A DNA stretch of 33,253 nucleotides, from assembly GCA_030141605.1 (NCBI GenBank), contig JAQGDQ010002445.1:1-33253 (forward strand), written 5' to 3'. Of the stretch, positions 1 to 9,271 are shown one piece after another. The stretch's first letter is position 1; each line of letters starts with the position of its first letter. The DNA comes from Tubiluchus corallicola (lineage: Eukaryota > Animalia > Priapulida). Both the position numbers and the translations under genes were made by a program. The notes under the pieces were generated by a model. The model ran no database searches. It had not been told where the DNA came from and saw nothing but the letters and a program-made list of their open reading frames with translations.

Positions 1-834
1 TTTTTCTCCCACCTGTGTATTATTCATATACAATTTACAGGAGACGCTATTAGCGGTTAAATTTCCCGAATTTTTTAAGTCTATATTTAAAAAATTTTCA
101 TTTTTATAAGCCACTGATGGAATGCTTAAATAAAGAGAGTCCACAAAAACATTATAGGCTTTTTCCCATACAATAGGGATTAGGGTTAAATTAATTAGCG
201 TATCAGCACTTTTTTTAAGTGTTGTGGCGTTGAATTTGCTTTTTTGAAAATCTGATATAGCGTATATTTTTGTATTCTCTTTTATTTTTTGCAGTTCAAT
301 ACCTTCTTTTATTGTATTGTATATCGTTGTGAAGCCTGTGCTGCTATGTGAGTGCTTAATCTCTGTTAAAAAGTCTTTAGCTTCTTGTTTGTTTTTAAAA
401 AAGTGGCTTGTAGTGGAATTATCTGTAAATATTTTAAACTTAGTGCTATGTGGGTAGATATCTATTGTTTTATTGGCAATATTTAGTGCCTTGTCAAGCA
501 GTGATATATTACCTTTGTCTGTTTGTGACATGCTATAGCTATTGTCAATATACATGTATATATACTCTTCATTCTGAGTTGATTGACGTTCTTTTGAGTG
601 AATGATTGGTTGTGCAAAAGCAATAATTAGAAAGCAAAAAGATAGGATTCTTAATAACAATATGGCATAATATTTCAGGTTTTGATTGACAGCTCCTTCC
701 TTTTGTAATTGAGACAATAAGTTAACGTTTGAAAAAAATATTGTTGTTGTTCGCTTAAAGCTAAATAAATGAATAATTATGGGAATAAGAAGTGCAAATA
801 GGGCATATAATATATTTGGATAAAGAAACTTCAT
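1..834 (-). CDS. BatA-domain (N-terminal double-TM) and vWA-domain protein; 3' end runs off the window
   Basis: Not in the ORF track. Manual translation from the ATG at 834 gives MKFLYPNILYALFALLIPIIIHLFSFKR...FFSNVNLL...LLRILSFCFLIIAFAQP (BatA-type N-terminus), then YIDNSYSM (vWA DxSxS). Confidence 0.85.
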   Translation of the reverse strand, partial: MKFLYPNILYALFALLIPIIIHLFSFKRTTTIFFSNVNLLSQLQKEGAVNQNLKYYAILLLRILSFCFLIIAFAQPIIHSKERQSTQNEEYIYMYIDNSYSMSQTDKGNISLLDKALNIANKTIDIYPHSTKFKIFTDNSTTSHFFKNKQEAKDFLTEIKHSHSSTGFTTIYNTIKEGIELQKIKENTKIYAISDFQKSKFNATTLKKSADTLINLTLIPIVWEKAYNVFVDSLYLSIPSVAYKNENFLNIDLKNSGNLTANSVSCKLYMNNTQVGEK

Positions 835-900
835 TAAGACAAATTTGAAAAACGATAATTAAGAGGTTGTTTCTTTGGCTGTTGCCATAAAGATCTCATG

Positions 901-908
901 CAAATTTA
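901..908 (-). promoter_or_regulatory. Putative Bacteroidota sigma70 -7 element (TAAATTTG)
   Basis: Exact TAnnTTTG match about 70 nt upstream of the BatA-like start. The AT-rich background makes chance matches possible. Confidence 0.35.
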
Positions 909-1102
909 TTAAGAAAACATTTAACCAACGAATATAGATTAATTTTTTTCTCTATTGCTTCACTAATTGTAAAATATTTTTTATTTTTACTTGAAAAGCA
1001 GATAAAATAGTCAATACAATAACATAGAATCCAATAAGTGCTTTTTAGTACAGCCATTTTGGCATACAAATGCTTGGATACTTACAATCTCTTAAAATTA
1101 AT

Positions 1103-1591
1103 ATGGTTGCTTTAAAATATTATAATTCAAAAATAAGCATTGCTTTAATGCTTACATTAGGTTCTTGTGCCATCATTGCACTTCTTGTTTGGTTTTTGAT
1201 GGTAGAAAACGAATATAAATGGGTATTGTGTGCAGCATTAGGACTGTTTTCATTAGGGTTTTACACCCTACACTTTAGAAGGCTTTTAGATAATCACCCT
1301 CAAATTGTCATTAACGAAATAGGTGTTTTTTCACGGAGAAAGCACGGATTGGTTGTCTGGGAAAATATCAAAGGAGCATATTACTCAAAGGAGTTTGGGC
1401 AGGGAGCTATATATTTGATAGCGGGGCGAAATAGCCATGAAAGAAAAGAATTAAGATTATCATTGGCCTACATTAAACAAGTGCAAGGAAAGAAGTTAAC
1501 AGAAATTATTTTAAGACTAATAAATGCTGAAAAACACCAGAGAAAAAACATTATTAGTGAATTTTATAATAGCATAATAATATGCAATTGA
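1103..1591 (+). CDS. Hypothetical membrane protein (2 TM helices plus a possible bacterial PH-like domain)
   Basis: Two hydrophobic segments followed by PQIVINEIGV...VVWENI, typical of small TM+bPH proteins. The ORF opens at 1070; ATG 1103 is the more likely start. Confidence 0.6.
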   Translation: MVALKYYNSKISIALMLTLGSCAIIALLVWFLMVENEYKWVLCAALGLFSLGFYTLHFRRLLDNHPQIVINEIGVFSRRKHGLVVWENIKGAYYSKEFGQGAIYLIAGRNSHERKELRLSLAYIKQVQGKKLTEIILRLINAEKHQRKNIISEFYNSIIICN

Positions 1592-1640
1592 AGCCAACAA
1601 ACCCTCTCCACTACTTTTTAACAAACATAAACTTATAATT

Positions 1641-4346
1641 ATGAGTAATATTAATAGAAAAGAAATAGGACGACGATTAAGAAGACTCCCCAAGGAATAC
1701 ATTGTGCTTTTTTCGTGGCGATGTGCTATGAGAGCACTGCCATTTGTTGCTGCAAAGGGAAATTTTAATTTCTGGGGAGAATCTTCACGGCAACGGCACA
1801 TTTTTTCTCTTTTTAATGCATTAGATGTCGGCGTAGGCGCCGCCGGCGGCGCCTACGCCGCCAGAGCCGCCGCCTACGCCGACGCCTACGACGTCTACGC
1901 CGCCGCCAGAGCCGCCGCCTACGCCGCCGACTACGCTGCCGCCGCCGCCTGCGGCGCCTACGCCGCCAGAGCCACCGCCTACGCCGACGACGACGCCTAC
2001 TACGACGCCACCGCCTACGCCGACCCCTACGCCGCCGCCTACGACGTCTACGCCGGCGCCTCTGGCGGCGACGCCGCCGCCTACGCCGCCTACGCCGCCG
2101 CCGACGCCGCCAGAGCCGCCAGAGCCGCCGCCTACGCCGCCGCCGTCGGCGACGACGTAGGATATGCTATTGATGTAAGCCACTTTGATGAGTTAATTTA
2201 TGGAGAGTGTAGTTTTGTAGAACAAGGTTTTAAAGAGAAAAAAACTGTGCAGGAGCTTTTACAGGAGCCTATTGATGCTACTCCTATGCATGAAGGGGTA
2301 TTTAATATGTTCAAGAAAGCTCTTAAGAAAGAGAATTGCGAGTATTGGTATAATCTCTATTTTAACACCTATACTCGAGGGCTAGATATGGAGGCTTTAG
2401 AGAAACGACTAAATTTACCCCGAGAGTTTTATGATGGAGGAGCAAGCAAAATTGCTCAGCAGTTGTTGCGATATGAAAAAGAGGGCACAAAGAAAATTGG
2501 AGAATTGCGGGTTATTGTTATTGGTCCTGGGGGTTCTGGAAAAACATCATTAGTAAGAAAGCTGCAAGACCCCAAAGCTCCCCTCACAGGAGAAAGCGAC
2601 TCCACTATTGGTGTGGATAAAGAGACATGGTCACCTGACAACACAAAAGATATGCTTATTCACCTTTGGGATTTTGCGGGGCAAGTGGTTACGCATAACC
2701 TTCATAAGTTCTTTTTATCTGAGCGAGCCATCTATCTTGTAGTTTTGGATGCACGGCAAGACGCTGATCCTGATTATTGGTTGGAGCATGTTAAAAGCTT
2801 TGGCGGGAATTCTCCCGCTTTTGTTATTAACAATAAAACAGATATAAGCGGTTACAGTCATTTGGATAACAATAGGTTGAAAAGAGAGTATGGAAATATG
2901 ATTAGAGGGTTTTATGAGATTTCTTGTGAGAAATATTATGGAGTGGAGCGTCTTAAAGAAGAGCTAATAGAGGAAGCGCAAAAATTGATTAAGAACATAG
3001 ACATAGCAGAGTCTACTAAAAAGATACAGAAAGAGATAGAGAAAAAATTGAATGCAGAGAATAAATCATATATTACTAATGAAGAGTATCAGGAAATTTG
3101 TGTGGAAAATGGGATTAAAGATGAACAGGAACAGAAGAATGTGGTTAAAGACTTGCATGACTTAGGCATAGCATTCAGATATAAAAAATTGGAAGATTTT
3201 GGCACTAATATATTAAAGCCTGAATGGGTGACTAATGCTGTTTATGCTATTGTTAGGGGATTAAAAGCACAAAAAACAGATAGATTAGAATTAGGGCAAG
3301 TGAAGAAATTATTAGCAGATAGGAAATATTCTAATAAGAATTTTAAGTATTCGAACAGCGATTGTAGGTTTTTTTATAGATTAATAGAGCTTTTTAAATT
3401 GGGTTACCGATTAAGAAATCAAGAAAGAATACTGCTTCCTCTTTTAATGCCGTCGGATGAACCCGAAGCAGAAAAATTACAAAAATTTTACCATCCAGAT
3501 GCACTTCATGCTCGCTACCGCCTTTCCTTCCTTCCCCCTAATATGCCCTCAGAGCTTATTGTTTCTGTAAGTGATAGAATTTTTTCTGAAGAATTAGTTT
3601 GGCGCAATGGCGTAGTGTTAGAAATTAACAAGGAGAATAAGCCTTCGCAAGTGTTGATTATCGCTGATAGAAATAAAAGAATATTTGATGTTTACACTAA
3701 GGGAGGGGATAAAAGAGAATGCTTTGCTTATATTAAGCAAATGTTTAAATCTGTTTTTGAGAACTATAAAAACTTAGGCAAGAAAGAATTAGAAATAAAA
3801 ATAGATGAGAATGAAAATGGATCTGTTTTTGAAAAAGAAGAAGGGTTAAAAACATATTTAGAAGAAGGGTGGAATACTTATTGTTCAGGAGTAACAGGAA
3901 AAGAGTATAATGTACGTGAATTATTAGGAGATTATTATAAAACAGAACAAGAAATGAAGAAAACTACTACTGAAAAAAACATACATTTTCATGTAAGCCA
4001 AAATCAAAACACTTTTGTTAACCAAACAACGAAGGTAGATATAGAAATAATTGATGCGGCAAAGGCAGTAAAGAGTGCTGCAGAGTTGTTACAAAAGGAG
4101 CTAGAGAACTGCGATGCGAACGAAAGGGACAAGAAACAAGTATTTGATGAGCTGGAAAAAGTAAAGGATGCTGCAACAGAAATAGAAAAAGATGGCAAAA
4201 AGGCTCAAAAAGGGATTGTTTGGTTTAAGAACTTTTATAAAGATTTAAAAGAGCACAAGTCATTAATTCCTCGCTTTATTTTAACCAAGGCGGCATCTGA
4301 ACTAATACCCGTTATTAATAAATTATTATTAAGTACACTTGGGTAG
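1641..4346 (+). CDS. Roco-family protein (Roc GTPase + COR) with an Ala/Tyr-rich N-terminal module and a helical C-terminal tail; no LRRs
   Basis: G1 GPGGSGKTS (2523-2546), G2 STIGVD, G3 LWDFAGQ (~2667), G4 NKTD (~2832), G5 ISC. COR motifs LHDLG, ILKPEWVT (~3219), LFKLGY, LLPLLMP and VWRNGVVL. Confidence 0.9.
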   Translation: MSNINRKEIGRRLRRLPKEYIVLFSWRCAMRALPFVAAKGNFNFWGESSRQRHIFSLFNALDVGVGAAGGAYAARAAAYADAYDVYAAARAAAYAADYAAAAACGAYAARATAYADDDAYYDATAYADPYAAAYDVYAGASGGDAAAYAAYAAADAARAARAAAYAAAVGDDVGYAIDVSHFDELIYGECSFVEQGFKEKKTVQELLQEPIDATPMHEGVFNMFKKALKKENCEYWYNLYFNTYTRGLDMEALEKRLNLPREFYDGGASKIAQQLLRYEKEGTKKIGELRVIVIGPGGSGKTSLVRKLQDPKAPLTGESDSTIGVDKETWSPDNTKDMLIHLWDFAGQVVTHNLHKFFLSERAIYLVVLDARQDADPDYWLEHVKSFGGNSPAFVINNKTDISGYSHLDNNRLKREYGNMIRGFYEISCEKYYGVERLKEELIEEAQKLIKNIDIAESTKKIQKEIEKKLNAENKSYITNEEYQEICVENGIKDEQEQKNVVKDLHDLGIAFRYKKLEDFGTNILKPEWVTNAVYAIVRGLKAQKTDRLELGQVKKLLADRKYSNKNFKYSNSDCRFFYRLIELFKLGYRLRNQERILLPLLMPSDEPEAEKLQKFYHPDALHARYRLSFLPPNMPSELIVSVSDRIFSEELVWRNGVVLEINKENKPSQVLIIADRNKRIFDVYTKGGDKRECFAYIKQMFKSVFENYKNLGKKELEIKIDENENGSVFEKEEGLKTYLEEGWNTYCSGVTGKEYNVRELLGDYYKTEQEMKKTTTEKNIHFHVSQNQNTFVNQTTKVDIEIIDAAKAVKSAAELLQKELENCDANERDKKQVFDELEKVKDAATEIEKDGKKAQKGIVWFKNFYKDLKEHKSLIPRFILTKAASELIPVINKLLLSTLG
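1827..2156 (+). repeat. Imperfect (GCC)n-based trinucleotide mosaic, in frame within the Roco gene
   Basis: 110 codons counted by hand: 56 Ala, 17 Tyr, 13 Asp, 9 Gly, 5 Arg, 5 Val, 5 others; ~79% GC. Recurring blocks GCCGCCAGAGCC (5x) and GCCTACGACGTCTACGCC (2x). Confidence 0.95.
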
Positions 4347-4347
4347 C

Positions 4348-6261
4348 TTACCTTTTTAAAACTATCTTAAAGCTTTGTATATTAGATTGCTTAATTGCTT
4401 TTATTATGTAAATTCCTTGTGGGTATGTGCTAAAGTCTATTTCTTGTTTTCCTGAAAAAGGTATTAAGTCTTCAAATATTAGTTTGCCAGAAAAACTTAT
4501 TATCTGAAGATAATCGTACTCGCCTTCAATGTAAAAGATGCCATCGGTGCTGTTGGGATATACATGAATAAAATTTTTTGATGTTTTGTTGCCTTCGTTA
4601 TTTTGGCTTTCATTACCAGAAGAATTACCAAATATAGGTCTTATCATCAAACTACCGTTTACCAACTCATTAGGTTGCCATTTATTGCTGATATTATAAA
4701 ATATTTTTTCGGAAGTATTGTTGTTTTTGTCTAATCCAATAGCAAAGTAATCGTCTAGCTCTTGTGTGTATCCTATGTAAAAAGTATCTTGGACATATAT
4801 TGGGGCTTGTAGTTCATAATATGCAAGCATGTCTATACCTGTTTCTTCTGTTGTTGTTTCCTCTTGGGTTATCAATACTTTGTCTTTATCTACCTCATTT
4901 AAGGATATTTTTTCCCATACTTTTAGTGTAAAGGGGGCTTCTTTTGTACTCTGTTCAAATTGTGGAGTGCAAATTTTAACACCTGTCAACAATGCACGGT
5001 CTGAAATGGCATACTGCACTGCAACAGAACCACCTTTTAACTTTATACCCGCCACATATTCTGCCCCTCCGTCATCATAGCTCAAATCTTCTTTTAATGT
5101 GGTTACAACAGATATGGTGTCATTTTTTTGAAAGTTTATTTCAGGTGTATTCAAGTCGTTAGTTATTATAAAAAATTTATTTTCAAGAACAAGGTAATCT
5201 AAGTCAAAATCAAAAACATTGGCGTTGATAGGAGGAACAATTAATTTAGATCTTTTGTATGGGCAAGGATTTATAGCCCCATTGTCGTCTATAAAAATAG
5301 TTTCATTTGTAGTTCCATTCAATAATTGCGTGGTGTATTGTGCAGAAGTGATGCTATTGTCCAAGCTATATAAAAACATCTCTTCTTCTGTTGCTCTTAA
5401 ATAATATTCAGGATTTTGTTTGAATAAATGATATGGCACATTTGTATAATCTTTAAATATTGAAGGCAATGGGCTTGCTAACGTTCTATCTACCAAAGAG
5501 ATATCTATGTTAAAAACAGTTTGCTTGTCACATGAAGTGCTTTCAAAAACTACTTCATCTACAATCACTCTGTTTTTGTTAAGATATACATAGTCAATAT
5601 TCCAAGAATCGTAGCCACCTGCTTGATTGCCTATAGCCTCAAATTTGAATTGAAAGTCGTTGTGAAAATAATCTTCTTTATCAAATGAAATAATAACTTG
5701 TTTGAAGGTGTCTATCTCTGTTTCTTGAAGAGCTAAAATGCTCCATATTTTTTCCCATTCTTGTTCTTCTGTTTTAAAATACAAATTTAACGCGTCTTCG
5801 CCTTCGGGCAACTCTCCCAATCCTCCCTGTTGATAAAAGAAGCTTAAAAAGACACTATTTCTTTCATCAACAGCGACTTGTGTTGGTGACAAATCTATGG
5901 GATTGCTGGTTAATACATCTGTTACGCCCCTTACTTCTTGCATGCTAGATGAATATGGTTCGCCATTTTCATCCCACCCATTAAAAGTAGCAACATTAAT
6001 TGAAATAGAGTTAATACCTATTCCAGAATGTACTGTTGTGCCTTTATTTGTCCATAGTTCAGCACTTGGATATAAGCCAGAAGAGGAGAAATCATCCCAA
6101 AAAGGTAGTGGTAGTACGCTGCCTTGCGTTCGTTGGTTTATATCTTTTTTTTCAACGGTTGATAGGGGGTATGTTATTAGCTGAGCGTAAGCGCTACTTG
6201 TAATTAGTAGTAGCAATACAGATAATAAGTGTTTTTTATGTAAACAGATGATTTTCATCAT
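4348..6261 (-). CDS. T9SS type A sorting-domain (CTD) secreted protein
   Basis: Signal peptide, the LPFWDDFS motif of a conserved Bacteroidota family, and a C-terminal VYPN...G.F.I...G.YIIK...FKIV CTD. Confidence 0.85.
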   Translation of the reverse strand: MMKIICLHKKHLLSVLLLLITSSAYAQLITYPLSTVEKKDINQRTQGSVLPLPFWDDFSSSGLYPSAELWTNKGTTVHSGIGINSISINVATFNGWDENGEPYSSSMQEVRGVTDVLTSNPIDLSPTQVAVDERNSVFLSFFYQQGGLGELPEGEDALNLYFKTEEQEWEKIWSILALQETEIDTFKQVIISFDKEDYFHNDFQFKFEAIGNQAGGYDSWNIDYVYLNKNRVIVDEVVFESTSCDKQTVFNIDISLVDRTLASPLPSIFKDYTNVPYHLFKQNPEYYLRATEEEMFLYSLDNSITSAQYTTQLLNGTTNETIFIDDNGAINPCPYKRSKLIVPPINANVFDFDLDYLVLENKFFIITNDLNTPEINFQKNDTISVVTTLKEDLSYDDGGAEYVAGIKLKGGSVAVQYAISDRALLTGVKICTPQFEQSTKEAPFTLKVWEKISLNEVDKDKVLITQEETTTEETGIDMLAYYELQAPIYVQDTFYIGYTQELDDYFAIGLDKNNNTSEKIFYNISNKWQPNELVNGSLMIRPIFGNSSGNESQNNEGNKTSKNFIHVYPNSTDGIFYIEGEYDYLQIISFSGKLIFEDLIPFSGKQEIDFSTYPQGIYIIKAIKQSNIQSFKIVLKR

Positions 6262-6263
6262 GA

Positions 6264-7130
6264 TTAATGTCCAAATTGTGCTGCTATTCTAGCTGAGTCT
6301 TGAGGATTTTTGCAATTGACAGATAGGGAAATAATATCCCTCCTTTGCACTATTGTTTGACTGCTGGGATATTGACCTATTATTATTCCATACTCTCCAA
6401 TGCCATTGTCATCAGGGTATATTATAATATTCAAGATGTTGTAGTTTAATCCTCGCCGACGAATGTCACTTACAGCCTGTTGAACATTGTGTTTTATATA
6501 TGATGGCAAAGGAAAAGAATTTTGAGCGTTAGTAAATCCACTACCGACAACTAAATCTATTTTTTCTCCTTTGGCAACTTTTGTTCCGGAATTAATAGGC
6601 TTTCCTTTGTGAAGTTGTTTCAAAACAGCATTTTTTGCCAAATCAGGACGATAGGTAATGCGTCCTTTTTTCAATCCTAAATTTCCTAATATTAATTCAG
6701 CATTTTTTAATGAACCATCTTTTAAGTTTGGCATTATGACCATTTGGGGGCTAGACGATTTGATTACAAGGTAAATTTTTCGTTCTTTTTTGACAAATTG
6801 CCCTGCTTTAGGGTGTTGTTTTATAATATGATTAGGTTTTATTTTAGCCGTGTAAGCAGAGTCAAATATTTCGTATTGTAGCTTTTTTTCATTTAAATAT
6901 GCAGATGCATCGTTAATATGCATGCCTTTTAAGTCAGGCAATACTAACTTTTCATTGTGATTGGTGATAAATGGAAGCCATATGTAGAAGTAGAATAGCA
7001 ATAGCAATAGCCCTATGGTGCATACAAAAAGAAGATTGAGAAAGAAAGCTTTTTTTGTATTTTGCTTACGGGCATCATGCCATTGTTTTGTGAATGGAAT
7101 ATAGCTAATTATGGTTGTTTTTTTCCCCAT
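6264..7130 (-). CDS. PASTA-domain membrane protein
   Basis: One TM helix then three PASTA-like repeats (LPDLKGM, MPNLKDGSL, LPSYIKH; Q.P.AG..VK). Confidence 0.88.
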   Translation of the reverse strand: MGKKTTIISYIPFTKQWHDARKQNTKKAFFLNLLFVCTIGLLLLLFYFYIWLPFITNHNEKLVLPDLKGMHINDASAYLNEKKLQYEIFDSAYTAKIKPNHIIKQHPKAGQFVKKERKIYLVIKSSSPQMVIMPNLKDGSLKNAELILGNLGLKKGRITYRPDLAKNAVLKQLHKGKPINSGTKVAKGEKIDLVVGSGFTNAQNSFPLPSYIKHNVQQAVSDIRRRGLNYNILNIIIYPDDNGIGEYGIIIGQYPSSQTIVQRRDIISLSVNCKNPQDSARIAAQFGH

Positions 7131-7153
7131 TTATACTTGTTGTTTGTATTCTA

Positions 7154-7161
7154 CAAAATTA
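7154..7161 (-). promoter_or_regulatory. Putative -7 element (TAATTTTG)
   Basis: TAnnTTTG match 24 nt upstream of the PASTA gene start. Confidence 0.45.
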
Positions 7162-7218
7162 GTTTTTTTTTGTTTAAATAAGCAAGTTAAATTTTTTAAA
7201 ATAAAATAATAGTCCAAT

Positions 7219-9159
7219 CTAATCATTTTTTTGTTTTACCCACTTTCCATCTCGCTTTATTAAATTGATTAGTTCTTCTAATGCATTTTTCTCATCAATT
7301 CCTGTCTTTACGATATCTTTTTGCCTATAGAGTGTTATCTTTCCTTTTCCAGCGCCAACATACCCATAGTCAGCATCTGCCATTTCTCCTGTACCATTAA
7401 CTATACAGCCCATAATGGCTATTTTTAATCCTTTTAAGCATGATGTTTTGTTGCGTATTATTTTTGATGTTTCTTCTAAGTTAAACTGTGTTCTGCCACA
7501 TGATGGGCAAGAGATATACTCTGTTTTAGAGATTCTATCGCCTGTAGCTTGCAGTATGTTAAATGATGTTTTGTTAATAATATTTATTTCTTCAAGACTT
7601 GGTTTAGGTTTTATTCTTAGCATAATTCCGTTACCTAATCCGTCTATTAGCAATCCTCCGCAGTCTATAGAAGCATCCAAACAGATGTTTTCTAATAAAT
7701 TTTTGTTGTATGTACGCGACACTACAATTGGCGTGGGATTTGTTTGCTGTAGCATTTCAACAAACAGGCTTCGCATTTCTTTGAAGCTGTGTTTATGCCT
7801 ACTTTCAAGTATTATAACAATGTTATCTTTTTTTTGAGCCTTGTTAGCAACAGATAAAAAAGAGTCTGTGTTAGTCATAATAAAATTTAAAGTCGGGTGT
7901 AGAGTAGGGGAGGCATCTAAAAATGCTTCGTTTGAAAGCAAAGGATAACCTACTTGGGGTTGTTGTTGCCATAAGCTATGATCATATATTACTTTGGGAG
8001 TAGATGGAAGAGGGATGTTGATTTGTTGGTTTCCCACATACACAAAATCAGGAGTAAAATCAGTTGTTTTATAGCTCTTTTCATTTATGTCATACTGGCA
8101 ATTTATACTTGATAGGGTTTGGAAATCAATATTTTCTATTTGGCTTAAGTCTGCTACAACTATAGGAGGAAAACTACTACCTATATTTTTGATAGTTTTG
8201 GTACTTCGCTTATTATAAGTAAATGGATGAATAGGGTAGTGTTGTATAGGGAGGGTGTTGGGATTTTCATCAATTAATTTATACCTATTCACTAATGTTT
8301 TTGCAGCATGTATCTCTTTTTCAGGGTGTTCTGTCAACGATACTCGTATCGTATCTCCCAATCCTTCTTCTAATAGAGTTCCAATCCCTACCGCAGATTT
8401 AATTCTTCCATCTTCACCTTCACCAGCTTCTGTAACGCCTAAATGTAGGGGATATGGTGGAAGGTTCTCTTCTAACAATTTGTTAACTAAAAGTCTATAT
8501 GCTTCAATCATTATTGCGGTGTTACTTGCCTTTATGGATAGCACAACGTTATGAAAATTACACTCAGAACAGATACGAATGTATTCTAGGGCGGATTCTA
8601 CCATACCAGCAGGGGTATTGCCGTACTTATTTAAAATTCTTTTTGATAGTGAGCCGTGATTGCTTCCTATTCGCAAGGCAGTGCCATATTCTTTGCAAAT
8701 GTTAATAAGAGGAATAAACTTTTTGCTAATGTTTTCTATAGGGGATATTTGATTCTTTTTTCTTGAAAGGCTTTGTTTCTTTAATTCTCCATAATTACCA
8801 GGATTTATCCTTACTTTTTCTACCAATTTTGCTGCTATTTCAGCGGCATTGGGTGTGTAATGAACATCGGCAACTAAGGGAGGGGAATACCCTTTGTTAA
8901 GAAGCTCTTTTTTTATATTTTTTAAGTTTTCTGCATCCTTAATACTTGGCGTAGTAATTCTTACATATTCACAACCCGCCTCAACCATGTCAATTATTTG
9001 ATTTACAGATGCTTTGGTGTCCATTGTATTAGTTGTAATCATGGATTGAATTCTTATGGGGTTTTGTCCCCCCATGAGCACCCCACCAATGTTTGCTGTT
9101 ATTGTTTCTCTGCGTGAATAATGAACGAGACTATTGCAATATTTATTTTTAGTAACCAT
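7219..9159 (-). CDS. ispG: (E)-4-hydroxy-3-methylbut-2-enyl-diphosphate synthase, long three-domain type
   Basis: PIRIQSM, LVADVHY, RINPGN, RIGSNHGSL, PLHLGVTEAG, GDTIRVSLT, and the Fe-S motifs ISCPSCGRT and AIMGCIVNG.GE. Confidence 0.97.
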   Translation of the reverse strand: MVTKNKYCNSLVHYSRRETITANIGGVLMGGQNPIRIQSMITTNTMDTKASVNQIIDMVEAGCEYVRITTPSIKDAENLKNIKKELLNKGYSPPLVADVHYTPNAAEIAAKLVEKVRINPGNYGELKKQSLSRKKNQISPIENISKKFIPLINICKEYGTALRIGSNHGSLSKRILNKYGNTPAGMVESALEYIRICSECNFHNVVLSIKASNTAIMIEAYRLLVNKLLEENLPPYPLHLGVTEAGEGEDGRIKSAVGIGTLLEEGLGDTIRVSLTEHPEKEIHAAKTLVNRYKLIDENPNTLPIQHYPIHPFTYNKRSTKTIKNIGSSFPPIVVADLSQIENIDFQTLSSINCQYDINEKSYKTTDFTPDFVYVGNQQINIPLPSTPKVIYDHSLWQQQPQVGYPLLSNEAFLDASPTLHPTLNFIMTNTDSFLSVANKAQKKDNIVIILESRHKHSFKEMRSLFVEMLQQTNPTPIVVSRTYNKNLLENICLDASIDCGGLLIDGLGNGIMLRIKPKPSLEEINIINKTSFNILQATGDRISKTEYISCPSCGRTQFNLEETSKIIRNKTSCLKGLKIAIMGCIVNGTGEMADADYGYVGAGKGKITLYRQKDIVKTGIDEKNALEELINLIKRDGKWVKQKND

Positions 9160-9271
9160 GTAAATTTACTTCAAAATGAAATAAGAAGAGTTATTTTGTT
9201 TTTTTAACATTAGGCATCCAAATTACGTTGCACATCTGTTTTTTTACAATGGAAAATGCGACGTTTTCTGA

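Noticed and set aside
1827-2156. Classical DGR variable region or CRISPR array
   Set aside because: No reverse transcriptase or adenine-differing template copy in the window, the codons are GCC-dominated rather than randomised AAC derivatives, and there is no repeat-spacer structure. A remote template cannot be excluded from this window alone.
1821-2183. 120-aa Gly/Val-rich ORF on the minus strand
   Set aside because: It is the antisense shadow of the GCC/TAC/GAC tract, which is stop-free by composition. There is no independent evidence of coding.
7219-9159. Unusually long IspG
   Set aside because: The inserted-domain form is a known type in Bacteroidota, Chlamydiae and plastids.
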